In this document: one piece after another, positions 11,390 through 24,116 of the stretch
Position numbering within the stretch: position 1 is the first letter of the stretch
Layout: the number at the start of each line of letters is the position of its first letter
DNA from: Carcharhinus amblyrhynchos
Taxonomy: Eukaryota
Direction of reading: 5' to 3'
Assembly (NCBI GenBank): GCA_965287045.1
Contig: OZ336873.1
Span: forward strand, 102,548,001 to 102,612,000
Length of the DNA stretch: 64,000 bases
The notes under the pieces: model-generated
What the model was told of the DNA's origin: nothing
What the model saw: only the letters and a program-made list of their open reading frames with translations
Database searches by the model: none
Program-made: the position numbers and the translations under genes

Positions 11390-13535
11390 TGGAAAAGGTT
11401 AAGTGTTGTCCAAGGGTTAAGATGCTAAATTGGGGGAAAGGTTAACTACAACCAGATTAGCCAGGATTTGGAGGCTGTTGTTTGGGAGAAGCTGTTTGAG
11501 GGGGAATCTACATTTGGGTGTGTTTTGAGATGGCTGGAGTGCAGGACAGACATGTGCCTATAAAAAGGAAGGACAGGAAAGGCAGGATTCAGGAAATGTG
11601 GATGACCAGGGAAATTGAGAATCTAGTCAAAAAGAAAAAGGATGCACACGAGATCTAGGCAATCACAAACAGATTAAGCATTTGAAGAATACAGGGAAAG
11701 TTGAAAAGAGCTCAAACAAGGAATTAAGAGGGCAGAAAGTGTCACAAAATATCCATGGCAGAAAGCATTAGGAAGAATCCCAAGGCATTTTATACATACA
11801 TTAGGAACATGAGAGTAGCTAAATAAGAGTTGATCCACTTAAAGACAAAGAAAGGAAATTATGTGTAGAAACAAAGAAAGTGGGTGAGATCTTTAATGAG
11901 TACTCTGCATCAGTATTCACAAAGAAAAGGGATACATCAATTGATGGTGTCATGGACGGGTGTGTAAACCCTTTAGAACAAGTCATCATTATGAGGACAG
12001 AGATGAAGTAAAAAGCATGAAGGTAGACAAATCCCCAGGACCAGATGGCATCCATCCCAGATTACTGATAGAGGCAAGAGATGAAATTGCTGAGTCTCTA
12101 ACAGAAATCTTTGTATCTTCATTGGACACTAGTGAGGTTCCAGAGGATTGGACGATAGCCAACGTTGTCCCGTTATTTAAGAAGTAGCAAAGAAATCCTG
12201 AGTAATTATAGGCCAGTGAGCTTGACGTCAGTGATAGTGAAACTGTTGGAGAAAATCCTCAGGAATAGGATCTATTTACATTTGGAACTGAATGATTTTG
12301 TTAGCAACAGGCAACATGTTTTTGTATGTGGGAGATCGTGTCTCACTAATTTGAGGTTTTTTGAGGAGGTGACAAAAATGATTGACGAGGGAAGGGCTGT
12401 GGATGTTGTCACATGGACTTTAGTAAGACATTTGATAAGGTCCCTCATGGCAGGCTGGTGCAAAAGATTTAATCTCATGGGATTAGGGGTGAATTAGCTG
12501 GATGGATTCAGAACTGGCTTAGTCCAAGAAGACAGAGGGTAACAGTGGAAGGCTGCTTTTCTGAATGGAAGTCTGTAACTAGTGGTGTTCCACATGGATC
12601 AGTGCTGGGACGTCTGCTGTTCATAACATATATACATGACTTGGAAGAAAAAGTAGCTGGTCGGATTAGTAAATTTGCGAATGATACTAAGATTGGCAGA
12701 GTTGCGGATAGTGAAGAAGATTTTCAGAGAATACAGCAGGATGTAGGTAGACTGGAAAATTGGGCAGAGAAATGGCAGACGGAATTTAATCTGGACAAAT
12801 GCAAGGTGATGCATTTTGATAGATCCAATTCAGGTGGCAGTTATAAAATGAATGGCGGAACAGAGCACAGTGAGATCTGGAAGTAGAGATCCTTACAAGT
12901 GGCAGTGCTGGTGGAAAAGGTGGTGAAGAAAGCATATGGCATACTTGCCTTCAACGGACAGAGCATCGAGTATAGAAGTTGGCAAATTATGTTGCAGTTG
13001 TATAAAATGTTGGCTAGGTGACATTTGGAATACTGTGTCCAATTCTGAACAACATACTACCAGAAGGATGTGGAGGCTTTGGAGAGTGTGCAAAAAAGAT
13101 TTACCAGAATATTGCCTGGTATCGAGAGTATTAGCGATGAGGAGAGACTGAATAAACTGGGATTGTTCTCCCTGGAAAGATGGAGGCTGAGAAATGACCT
13201 AATAGAAGTTTATAAAATTATGAGGTATAGATAGGGTCAACAATTTGGAAACTTTTCCCCAGGGCAAAAATGACAATTACAAGGGGGGAAAAGTTCAGTG
13301 GAGATATACAGGGGAACTTTTTTTTTTACATAAAGGATTGTGGGGGCCTGGAATGCACTGCTAAGTGAGGTGATTGGGGCAGTTATGTTAACCACATTTA
13401 AGACTTATCCTGATAGGCACATGAACAAATGGGGAAATAGAGAGATATCTGTGGTTGGTCTAGATAGGACAACGTGATCGCTGCAGGCTTGGAGAGCTGA
13501 AGGGCTTAGTCCCGTGCTGCATTGTTCTTTGTTCT
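11390..13535 (+). mobile_element. CR1 LINE ORF2 fragment and 3' UTR
   Basis: KSPGPDGIHPRLL, NYRPVSLTS, GVPHGSVLG and KFANDTK; several stops and frameshifts. Confidence 0.93.
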
Positions 13536-14079
13536 ATTATTTAATAAGAGAATGTAAAATCCACAGGACAGTCAAATATTACAATATGGGCAGAGGGCGA
13601 ACGCTCCTTTGCCAGAAATTGCAACCAAGGAGATGCATCTAGATAAAACTATGTAACTGTCAATTCCTTCATAAAATTCTTAAATATTTACAGGAAATAT
13701 AAATTAAGATTGGCTCCAGGAAATGAAGTGAGTTAAAAACAAGTAAATTAGAAATAAATCACAGGCAAAATTCTCTGGCTGTTTATGCCAGTGGGATTCT
13801 CTGCTCTTACTGCAGGAAACAGAGATTTGGCTAAGCGCCAAATTCTCTATCCTCGCTGGTAGCAGGGCATGAACAACCAAAGAATTCCAGCTGATAAGTT
13901 TAGATTTTAGAATACAATATACAACTATCTCAATGAAATAATGATTATTAGTATCATGGTTAGAGTGGGAGAATTCACTTGAAGGAGACAGGCTGAGTGA
14001 GATTATTTGGGAATTTGGTTCAAAGTGGGATTTCAATGCACAGTGGGAAAGTGGTGCTTTAGATAAGATTTAAAACCAC

Positions 14080-14313
14080 TGAACCCCTACAGAGCAGACA
14101 GAAGCCATTTTCCAAAAGGGCACTTTCCCAGGCCCACCCCCGAGCAATCCCACAGATTTACCATGGCTCAACCACCTAGCCTACACATCTTTGGACTGTG
14201 GGAGGAAACCCACAAGACACAGAGAGAAGGTGCAAACACCAGACAATCACCCAAGACTGGAATTGAACCGAGGTTCTTGACATTGAGGCAGGAGTGCTAA
14301 CCACTGTGCTGCC
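14080..14313 (-). mobile_element. HE1-like SINE
   Basis: catctttggactgtgggaggaaac...gtgctaaccactgtgc. Confidence 0.82.
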
Positions 14314-14329
14314 CATTAACAGCAGAAAG

Positions 14330-15135
14330 TAGAGTTCAGGGAAGGGTGGGGAGGAGGTGCTATTTTCTTATACTTTTCTTCAGCTTCCAGTATTTGATTT
14401 TCACATTGGTACGGCAGAAGGAGCAGGTAAATTAGTAACTGGTATTATTAGAAACTAAACTTCATCAGTATTGTAAAATTAACTGGCAGTGCCAAAACCT
14501 ATTGGGAGGTCTAGGCTTTATTAATTATAAGTTAATTAATTAGCAATTATTAATTAATTAACACACATTGGAGATGACAGGGCAGGTGATCTGATGTGAT
14601 TGCAGGACGTGGGAGCTTCCAGATACCAGTGTAACCAAGGGCAAATATATCTGCAGTAAGTGTTTGTGCCTGCAGTAACTTCTGCTCCAAGTTATTGAAC
14701 TGGAGGCAGAATCGCAGACACATCAGGGAGGGGGAAAGTTACCTCGACACTTTAGTCCAATCCTTAAGGTAGGATTTTTGGATGTGGTCAGTGGTCAGAG
14801 ATGGGGGTTGGGGGGGGGGGCCATTACTTGAAGTCAGTAAGGGTATTCAGAAGGCAGGAGGCCAGGAGCCCCAGCCCATCACAACTGTCCAGCAAGTTTG
14901 AGGTCCTTTTAAACATTATGTGGATGAGTGGAGCTGCAGGGTGGATGTGCAAACTAGCCATGGCACCATGGTACAGGAAGCTACTCAAATGAAGGCAGTG
15001 ACAAGAAATCTAGTGGTCATTAGGAACACTATAGTCAATGGGATTTACACTTTATTCCTCAGCAAAGGGCATGAGTCCAGGTGCTGCATTGCCTGTGTGG
15101 TGCCAGGATTTGAGACATATAAGCACTGCTTAGGA
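14330..15135 (+). mobile_element. CR1 5' region / ORF1 remnant (zinc finger-leucine zipper and esterase)
   Basis: YICSKC...LLLQVIELEAE and LVVIRNTIVNG...CVVPG resemble CR1 ORF1 motifs (VIGDSIVRG...CLPGA). Confidence 0.65.
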
Positions 15136-18107
15136 GGAATCGTGCTCCAATATCCATGAAGGGGGGCAGAGAGAGCAATATGAGGAAGCAGATGATAGTA
15201 GGCAATAGTAGCAAGAATGATCCTGGAGTAACAGATGCTATGGTAGAGGAGATGGGACGTTATAAAGCTTTTGGTAGTCATAATGAACTGGACATAACTG
15301 GATAAGCCAGTTGTCCGCTATGAATGTTCCATTGTGATTTTAAATATGAGGGAGAGAAGATGAGGACTGTACCAGATGGACATACAGCAAAGGCTTTGCT
15401 GGGGACAAAAATAGGACAGTGGCTAAGCACATCAACAATGTATTACTGCAACAAATTGAGGCCAAAACGTGAGGCACTGGAGTGCAAAAGTTTAATTTCA
15501 AGTCACTTCAGGTAAACACAGGTGGAAACGGCATTGGATAGAGGCATGGTTACGAGGAAGTTACTGGTTTTAGTCTTTTCAATGATCGAGACAAAGAAGG
15601 TGATGAACCAAGTGCTGGGAAGTGGGATTAGAATAGACTGGGACTTGATGGCTGGTGAAGAGACAATGGGCGGAAGGGCCTTTCTGTGCTGTAAAGCTCT
15701 ATAGCTAAGACAAACTCAAAGGGATGGCCAAGATAAGGTGTTTATATGGAGAAAGAAACAAAGGAATAGTTTGGTGTGTGGGTAGCCAGAGAGGCCAATG
15801 GAGAGTAGGTGGTAAGGTGGGGGCTGCTACTTGTATGGAAGCAGTGCACTTATTCAAGCCAAGGATGATGGTAAGGCAGAGGAAGGTAGCAGTGGTGAAG
15901 ATAGACAGGAGTAGTGAGATTAGAAGGGACAAGAACATGAAAGTGGATAAGTAAAACGTAGCTGCATCAGCTGCCAGGATAGGAAAGTGAAGAGCTTTCT
16001 TGGGAGGTGAGATTCAAGGTCAGTTGGGGTGCAAAACGTGCGCAAATGAATCGACCACCATATACTCATCCTATATATCTTTTCATTGAAGTCACTGGAA
16101 AGGAAAATCGAACAAAGTGTCTGACAGGCTGTCACTTTGTCTCCAAGCATTTTATCACCCTGCTGAAGTTGAATTTCATTCCCTCATCCTCAACCAGAAT
16201 CTCAAATAATGAAGGAAAACTGCATTTCTCATTCTCATTGAGAATAAATGTATTTCGTGGGAACCTCAAGTGATCTGCCTGTCAATCATCATGGTAACAC
16301 AGGTAGCAACACAACAATTAAAGCATCAGTTCATGCCTTATATGGATATTCTCTCCTAATTAATATGAAATAATGGGACTATTTACATTTATATTTTCAT
16401 CTTCATTTTCTTTTACAAAAGTAACTGGCGTCTTGTGTATATATCATGTTGAAGTAACTGAAACTACATACAAAGGTTTGCACACAAATAGGAAGTAGTA
16501 AAAGATCAAGGAAATACCAGATCTAAATCAGCACAAAATTATCAGTTTGATGTATTCTCATGTGCTTAATTCTTAATTACCACCTTACCGTTGTTGACCC
16601 ACTGGGAATATTGCATTTGTTTAAATCATACCTTCTAAAACTTCTGAAATTTCTGTCCATATACGGAGCAGGAAAACACAAAATCAGGGGCACTGATATA
16701 TTTGCTTAATTTCATATAAATACCAGCTAAACAAAATTTCATTTGATATGCAAAGGCATTTGTTAACCCCTCCCTTCCTCAATTTTCTCGTGGTAAGCTA
16801 AAGCAATACATCTTAATCCTAGTGGGTATTGTTCAGAAGGACGTGGTTTTCCTTTTCTTCAATGTTGCTTTATTACAGTAGAAACTAAGTCCTCTCTTTC
16901 AGGTGCCTTTGTCTTTTTGACCTGCCATGGCCTAGTGCTCACCTGATCTGGTGATTCGTCCTCAATGGCTCTAATAGAATTTGCTCTGACATTTTAATTA
17001 AAATACTGCCACTGCCACACACACTGCAATCACAGGCAGATGATAAAAAGGGCAATGTACCAGGTGAAAACGCGTGCATTTGGAGCAGAACTGCACCTGA
17101 TGTTCCTCGTTATTATCGCTGGTATGTGAACAAAAGAATTTCAATTATGTTTTAAGTAATGTAAATGATCGGTAAAGCTTTTCTTCTTTATAAATGGGCT
17201 GCAAGTTTTGCAATCACATCAATCCATGTAACCTGATAAACATTAGAAGGCATAACACAGCTAGCTATTTCTTGCACAGCGTTTCAACTGAAGCTTTGTC
17301 GATTGCTGTATTCTTTACAGCATGGGTAAATCAAAAATATCGTCCCAGGTAAATGTTCAATCATTTGTGTTTTCTCTGACAGTTGAAACATTTCCAATTC
17401 AGAAGAGAACATAATTTCAAAGTATCAATGATTTCCAACTAAATCTGACAATTCATGAAAACAACCACTCCACATTATCAAACTAGAACGGTTAACCCAG
17501 AGAATTGCTTTTAAGTTTGGAATAGTGAATACCAATTTCCAACAGATAAAATGTACAATTCCAAGTTATAGAATGATAGTACGATACAGAACCGAAGGAG
17601 GCCACCTGGCCCATTATGACTGTGCTGGCTCTTTGGAAAAGCTATCTAATTACTCCTACTCCCCTGCTCTTTCCTGTATTAGTTTAATGAGCACATTTCT
17701 CAAAACAAGCTCTTAACACTGAACACTAAAGTGATGTTCGGAATGTAAAATGCTGAAAAGGTTCAGAGTTTGTCCTTCAGCATCGAAGATCCCAGATTAG
17801 AACTTAGCTTGCAAACAGATATTGAAAAATGAAAAATCATTCTCATCTGCTTCGTCAGGATGACAAAAATAATTATTCCTGGCAATCTCAATATAGCTGG
17901 AATTAATATGAGTCAGCAGCAAAAAAAACTAAACCTTGTTTCAGCAGTCTTAATGAAACCACTTTCAAGGTTATTGTTATAGTGAGTACACTAAACACCT
18001 TCCTATTTGGATATGTATACTGATGGCTTTCGTAATACATGAATGACGTCATCAATAGCGCGGGCTTGCGCGAGTTATTAGGGTAGCCACAAGAGGCCAG
18101 TGAGATG

Positions 18108-18450
18108 AGTGGCATGGTGGCACAGTGTTTACCACTGCTTCCTCACAGCACCAAGGATATGGGTTTGATTTCAGCAGTGAATGTCTGTCTTTGTGGCATT
18201 TGCACATTAGTATGGGTTTCCTCTGAGTATTTCATTTTCCTTCCACAGTCCAAAGATGTGCAGGTTAGGTCGATTAGCCATGCTAAATTGCCCCTCAGCG
18301 TCCAAAGGTGTGTAGGTCAGGGGATTAATGGGATAAATGTTTGGGGTTATGGGGATTGGGTAGGAGGTGGGCCAGCGTACGATGCTCTGTTGGACCGTTG
18401 GTGCAGATTTGATGGGCCAAATAGCCTCCTTCTGTATCATAGGGATTCTA
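18108..18450 (+). mobile_element. HE1-like SINE inserted in the Gypsy 5' LTR
   Basis: ggcatggtggcacagtg...ccacagtccaaagatgtgcagg...agggattcta. Confidence 0.88.
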
Positions 18451-19321
18451 CACATAACTGCTGCCAGGTTCGGTGTCCATGTTGGATTCTTTACTTCATA
18501 CCTTAATAAGAAGATTAAACATTAAAACATGTTTGTCTACCTTTTGTCAAGTTACCACATATTTTTGGCAATGAGGCAAAAAAAGAAAATATTCAAGTTT
18601 CAGCATGGCAACACAAAGTTTTGCACAGTAAGTAGCTAGTTTGCCTCATGAGTGGCAATCAAGGAATCCGAACAGCAGGTTCATGACTTCACTGACAAAA
18701 GCACCATGATTATATTCAGGACTTGACTTTGTGAAAGAGAATGGGAACTGGATTGAAGCTGTGGAAAGGGTGGAACACTTTCTTGTCAAACGGAATATCA
18801 AATGAATCCAAAAAGCACTAAATTCTCCCAAGTCTTTGTGGGGCAAAGACTTAACAGCTAGTGAGGAATTTAGCAACACCACAGAAACCAGGAGACATTT
18901 CATTTGCAGATTTAGTTGCATCGTTCAGAATCAGTACAATCATAAGACCTCAGCGATTGTGCAGGGGTTCTAGATTCATAGTCATTTTCATGAGGTGAGG
19001 CAGTCTGTAGCTATCTTTGTTGCTGAATTAAGGCAACTTTCTGAACATTGAGTTTGGGGCAATGTTGGAAGACATGCTCCAGGCTACACTGGTTCGTGGG
19101 ATAAAGGAGGACAGCATAAAGCATCACCTGGTGGGAGAGATCACACTGACTTTCAAGAAAGTTCTAAAAATTTCTCAGGGAATGGAAACAGCTGCCAACA
19201 ATGCAGAAGATATTCAAAAAGCCAATGGTGATGCACAGGAGAGTGCAGTGCGTCAAGTAAAAGAGGCAGCAAACCAAAGGGCAAAAATACTGGAGCATTT
19301 CAGGTGTGGGAGACACAAATG

Positions 19322-19690
19322 ATTCAAATGGAGGATGAGAGGTGACTTCATAGAGGTTTATAAGATGCTGAGGGGGATAGATAGAGTGGACACGCAGAGA
19401 TTATTTCCTCGAGTGGATGTAGCTGTTACTAGGGGACGTAACTATAAAGTTCATGATGGGAGATGTAAGTGGGATGTTTGAGGTAGATTCTTTACTCAGA
19501 GTGGTTGGGGTGTGGAATACACTGTCTGCTGTGATAGGAGAGTCAGACACTTCAAGAACTTTCAAGCGGTTATTGGATAGGCACATGGAACACACCAGAA
19601 TGATAGGGAGTGGGGTAATTTGATCTTGGGTTCAGATATAGTTCGACACAACATCGAGGGCCAAAGGGCCCGTACTGTTCTATGTTCTAA
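19322..19690 (+). mobile_element. CR1 3' fragment nested in the Gypsy element
   Basis: aggatgagaggtgacttcatagaggtttataag...gggccaaagggcccgtactgttctatgttcta tail. Confidence 0.85.
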
Positions 19691-20024
19691 ATCCATGGAT
19701 GCTTTCTGTCACCTTTGCAATAAAAAAGGCATTTGGCTCAAAAGTGCTACCACCACCACCAACACCCCCTCTCCCCGCCGCCGCACAATACCCCCTTACT
19801 CAGGCAGGGATTATATTGGAATTGGAAGTCCATCTGAGAGATTATACCCTTGCTTGAGGCATTAGAGATGGACATTGCATACAATAGTCAAGAAGCAAGA
19901 GCTCGGCTCCTGGCGGTAATGGGGAAAAAGCCTAGTCTACGAGTGCATGACTGGCTCAGTAAAATTCCATTCAATGGGGGTGAGATAAAACGTAGACAAG
20001 TGACATGAGTGACAAGAGTTTAAA

Positions 20025-20320
20025 AGTTTAAATTTTATTTATTTGTGTCAAAGTAGGCTTACATTTATACCGCAATGAGTTACTGTGAAAATCCCCTCGT
20101 TGCCCCACTCTGGTGCCTGTTCAGATACACTGAGGGAGACTTTAGCACAGCCAATACAAAAACCAGCACGTTTTTTTGACTGTAGGAATCTGGAGCAACC
20201 AGAGGAACCTCATGCAGACACAGGGAGAACGTGCAAACTCTACACAGATAGTGGCCCAAAGCTGAGAACTGAATCCAGATCCCCGATGCTGTGAGGCAGC
20301 AGTGCTAACCACTGCGCTAT
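20025..20320 (-). mobile_element. HE1-like SINE (alternative tail) nested in Gypsy pol
   Basis: aagtaggcttacatt...gttactgtgaaaatcccc...gaggcagcagtgctaaccactg. Confidence 0.85.
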
Positions 20321-20459
20321 CCAAGAGGATGACATTCAGAAATAGCCTGAGTTTTTCAAAGTCGAACTGGGTACGCTATATGGCATGACAGTTATTTGTA
20401 GATCTTCAGGGTATTCCTCATTTTTTCCAAGCCAGAAGTGCCCTATGCCATGAAATGAA

Positions 20460-21060
20460 AAGCGGAGGATTTGTAGTGACTGAAGAAGCTTGGAATCTTC
20501 GAGCCTAGTCAGTTCTCAGGCTGGGCAGCCCCAGTTCTTCCTCTTCTTGAAAGTGATGGTACTGTGCACACATGTGGGGATTACAAACTTACCATTAATC
20601 AGGCCTCCAAACTGAATGCTTACCCACTGTTTGGGTGAGAGATCTGTTTTTAACCCCTGCAGGAGGCAAGATGTTCTCAAAATTTGACATCAGCCACACC
20701 TACCAGCAGCTCTTGTTAGAGGAGGACTCGAAACAAGAAGTGACAGTCAACACTCAAAGGTTTGTTCAAATACAACTTCCTGGTTTATGGAGTGTCCTCC
20801 AGCCTGGCAATTTCTCAAAGAACAATGGACAATCTGCTGCAGAGGATTCCTCATGCAGCACTTTATTTGGATGATATCTTAATCATAGGGAAAGTTGAGG
20901 AGCATTACTTCAGCAACCTGGATCAAGTGGTCAGGAGATTTTCAGAGCACAAGCAAGTACATCTTCCAGGCACAGAATGTGGAGTGTTTGAATCCCAAAA
21001 TGACAGGGCTGGCAAAGAAATTCTAAATCACAGATCATGCTAAATTATGATGGGAAGTTT
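20460..21060 (+). pseudogene. Gypsy reverse transcriptase remnant
   Basis: GGKMFSKFDISHTYQQLLL and YGVSSSLAISQRTMDNLL...YLDDILIIG, split by frameshifts. Confidence 0.85.
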
Positions 21061-21829
21061 CTGTCAGACATTTCAACAATGTTGGCACCATTGTATCTGT
21101 TGCTGCACAAAGTGACCCACTAGAAGTGGAAACCAGCACAAAAGGAAGCTTTCAAGGATGTGAAAGTGCTGCTACAATCAGCTGATCTGCTGGTTCACGT
21201 GGTTCAAGACAAGGAATTCATTCCATCCTGTGATGCCTCGCCCATCAGCAGTACTCTCTCATCTGATCAAGGACGGGTAGTAAAATCTATTGGATTTGCC
21301 TAATGCAGAATGAAGACGGCTGAGATTGTATCCATAGCTAGGCAAAGAAGGTTTAGCCATCATTTTTGCTGTGAAACAGTTGCATCAGTACCTTAATGGC
21401 CATTCATTCACTATATGCACAGATCACAGACCACTGATGAGCCTTTTTGGCAAACCCAGGTGCACTTCTCCCACTGGCCTCGGCCAGAATACAGCACTTG
21501 ACTCTCACGTTGTCTAAAATTGTGTACAGGGAAGGACAATGCAAACGCAGACACGTTGAGTTGTCTCCCTTTACTGGACTTGCCCAAGACACTACCTCCA
21601 CCAGGGACAATTTTCTTGCTCGAGTTCCAAATTCTTTTGTGAATGCCAAACAGATTAAGCAGCGGATGGACCAGGACCCTGTTTTATTCCAGATGAGGGG
21701 GTCCCTTATGCTGAGTTAGCCGACTGTTGCAGGAACTGATGAACTGAGATCAGATGCAAAGTGGAAAGATGAGCTAAGTGTGCAAGATGGTTGCACTTTT
21801 TGGGGGTCTGGAGTCATCGTCCTGGTCAT

Positions 21830-22500
21830 TCATAAACCTTGGATGAAGTTCATGAGGCTCACCCAGATGCCTCCCGAATGAAAAGCTTAGCAAAATCGTC
21901 TGCCTGATGGCCGAATATAAATCAGCACATTGGCGAACAAGGTGAAATCCTGTTTGGCATGTCAGATGAGCCAAAAGATGGCGCCATCTGCACCACTACA
22001 TCCATGGCAGTGGTCTGACTGTCCCTGGTCTAGGCTTCATGTGGAATTTGCAGGGCCTTTTATTGGTCATATGCTTCCAGTCATTGTGGATGTACATTCT
22101 AAGTCGCTAGAAGTACACATCATGAGCAAATCCACAACTCCCATCACTATTAAGAAGCTGTATCAAGTTTTTGTAATTCACAGCTCACCGAATTCTCTTG
22201 TTTCTGATAATGGTACAATATTTACAAGTGATTTGTTCCAGGAGTTTATACAAAGAAATGGAATATGCCACATGCGGACTGCTCCTTTTCATCCAGCTTC
22301 AAATGGTTTACCAGAGCGAGTTCACAGGCACTGAAGAGAATGGTAGGCAGGGTCCTGGGAACCAAAATCTCAGTTCTTGTTCTAATATTGTATCACATGA
22401 CGTACAATACAACTCAACCAACTGAATTACTGATTGGTAGGAAGTCAAAGTCTCACCTGGATCTTGTGCAACCATATGGCAAAGCAAGAGTGGAAAGGAG
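21830..22500 (+). pseudogene. Gypsy integrase remnant
   Basis: CLACQ zinc-finger half, PLHPWQW..PWSRLHVEFAGPF, VSDNGTIFTS and TAPFHPASNG; frameshifted. Confidence 0.9.
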
Positions 22501-23439
22501 ATAAAAAACAGAAGTAGAGGCATGGCTACCATGCAAGGGAGAGACATTTCACTCTAAAGTCTAAGGAATTTCAGCAATAACCAATGTTGTTTACCTAGAA
22601 TTATCCTGGACCCAAGTGCTCCAGTATCTTTAGTGGCGAAACAAGCTAATGGAAGAGCCATTCGCAGAAACCAGGATCACATTTGTTGGAACATGCCTGG
22701 AACAATCAAGTGTTCAGCCCACACTGCAGAAGGAAATGTTGCTGTGAAACGTGGACAGGAAATGTTTCTGACTCTGGTCCAAGAAAGAATGAGGAACATT
22801 CATTCACAAACACAGCCTACTCCTGCACCGACAAGCCCAGTCCCATTGAAACAAATCTCATCGGTGTCAACTGAGTTGCCTGTGGTACTGTGCAGATCAC
22901 AACATAGTCGCAAAGTTCCTGAAAGACTGAAGTATAGTTGAGTGCTAAAATGTTTAAGGGGGATTGAAATTGGAGGGGTGGGGTATAATAGAGGCTGCAC
23001 TAAGCATTTTCCTATTTTAACACGTATACCAACGTTTTCAATAAGCTTGAGCATGAGCAAGTGGGTAGTGCAGGCTTGTGTGAGTTATTATCGTAGCCAC
23101 AAGGGACCTCTGAATTGCTGCTGCCAGTTCTGCTTCCATGCTGTACTGTTTATTTTATATTTTTTGTAAGTGAAGACAATTAAGCATCAAAACACGTTTG
23201 TCAAGTTACCAGTTACGAGCAAGAGTTAGAGAAACATCATATTTTGTAAAATGCATTTCTGGAACATTCATTAATGCTGTGCTGTTGATTATGATTGGTT
23301 CCAACTAATAGATGTGCCCAACATATAGTGAAGTGGTAATATGATAAGGATGGCTTACAGAATAAAAGAGCAAAATTCTAAGCTAATTAGTTTTGACTTC
23401 TTTTGTTTATTTGTGAAGGAGCAACAATCAATGTCCACT

Positions 23440-24116
23440 CTTGCCCCCCACCCGATTGCTAATTCCTGATGTTTCCACCCCCGCCCCACATTGCCAACCC
23501 ATCCCCTTGGATGGCCCGCCCCGATTATTCCCTTCCCTCCCTCTCCCAGCGATCCTTGGGCGGAGTGGCACCATGACCCAACCCCATTCCCTGGATTGTC
23601 CCCAATAAAGCTCCCCCAAAAGGCCCTGTCCTGGCCCTGCCTAGTCAGCAGTGCCAAGGTGCCCCTTGGGCATTGTCAGTTTGCCCCTTGGGCAGTGCTG
23701 GGGACCAGGCTGATGGGAACTAGGTGGCAATCCCAAGGGGACACCTTCACTTACCACCGACCTCTTGGCGGGGCGGGGGGGGGGGGTGGGGGGGGTGCGC
23801 TCCATGGACTCTGTTCCCTCCAGCAGGCTCGGTTGCCTGTTCCCTGTTAGTAGGGAGCAGGAGTAAACCCCGCTGGAGGGAACCACTCCTGGCAGGGGGA
23901 AATGCTAGCAGGCCTGGAGGCTTCAGTTTGAAACCTGCTAATAGAATGGAAATAAGGATTTAAATATTTAAATCAGCTCCATGCTGATGCCCGGTATAGA
24001 GCTCATTATTCTAAAAAACCTAGCCCCAGAGACACACGGAGGCCATGGCGCCCTGCAGGAAGCCTACAAAGCTCCCGACGCTGACGTCTCCCAACGGGTT
24101 GGGAGAATTGTCCCCA
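23440..24116. mobile_element. GC-rich non-autonomous DNA-transposon-like repeat (possibly Harbinger-derived)
   Basis: Abrupt GC-rich block ending tgggagaattgtcccc, with no coherent ORF. Family assignment is by resemblance only. Confidence 0.4.

Larger units (their letters stand above)
17975..23211 (+). mobile_element. Full-length decayed Ty3/Gypsy LTR retrotransposon
   Basis: Homologous LTRs (~17975-18559, SINE-interrupted; ~22984-23211), both ending gtcaagttacca. PBS-like tggcaatgagg at 18566-18576 and a purine tract ~22955-22983. Gag, RT (YLDDILI), RNase H (CDAS, DHRPL) and integrase remnants lie in Gypsy order. Confidence 0.9.
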
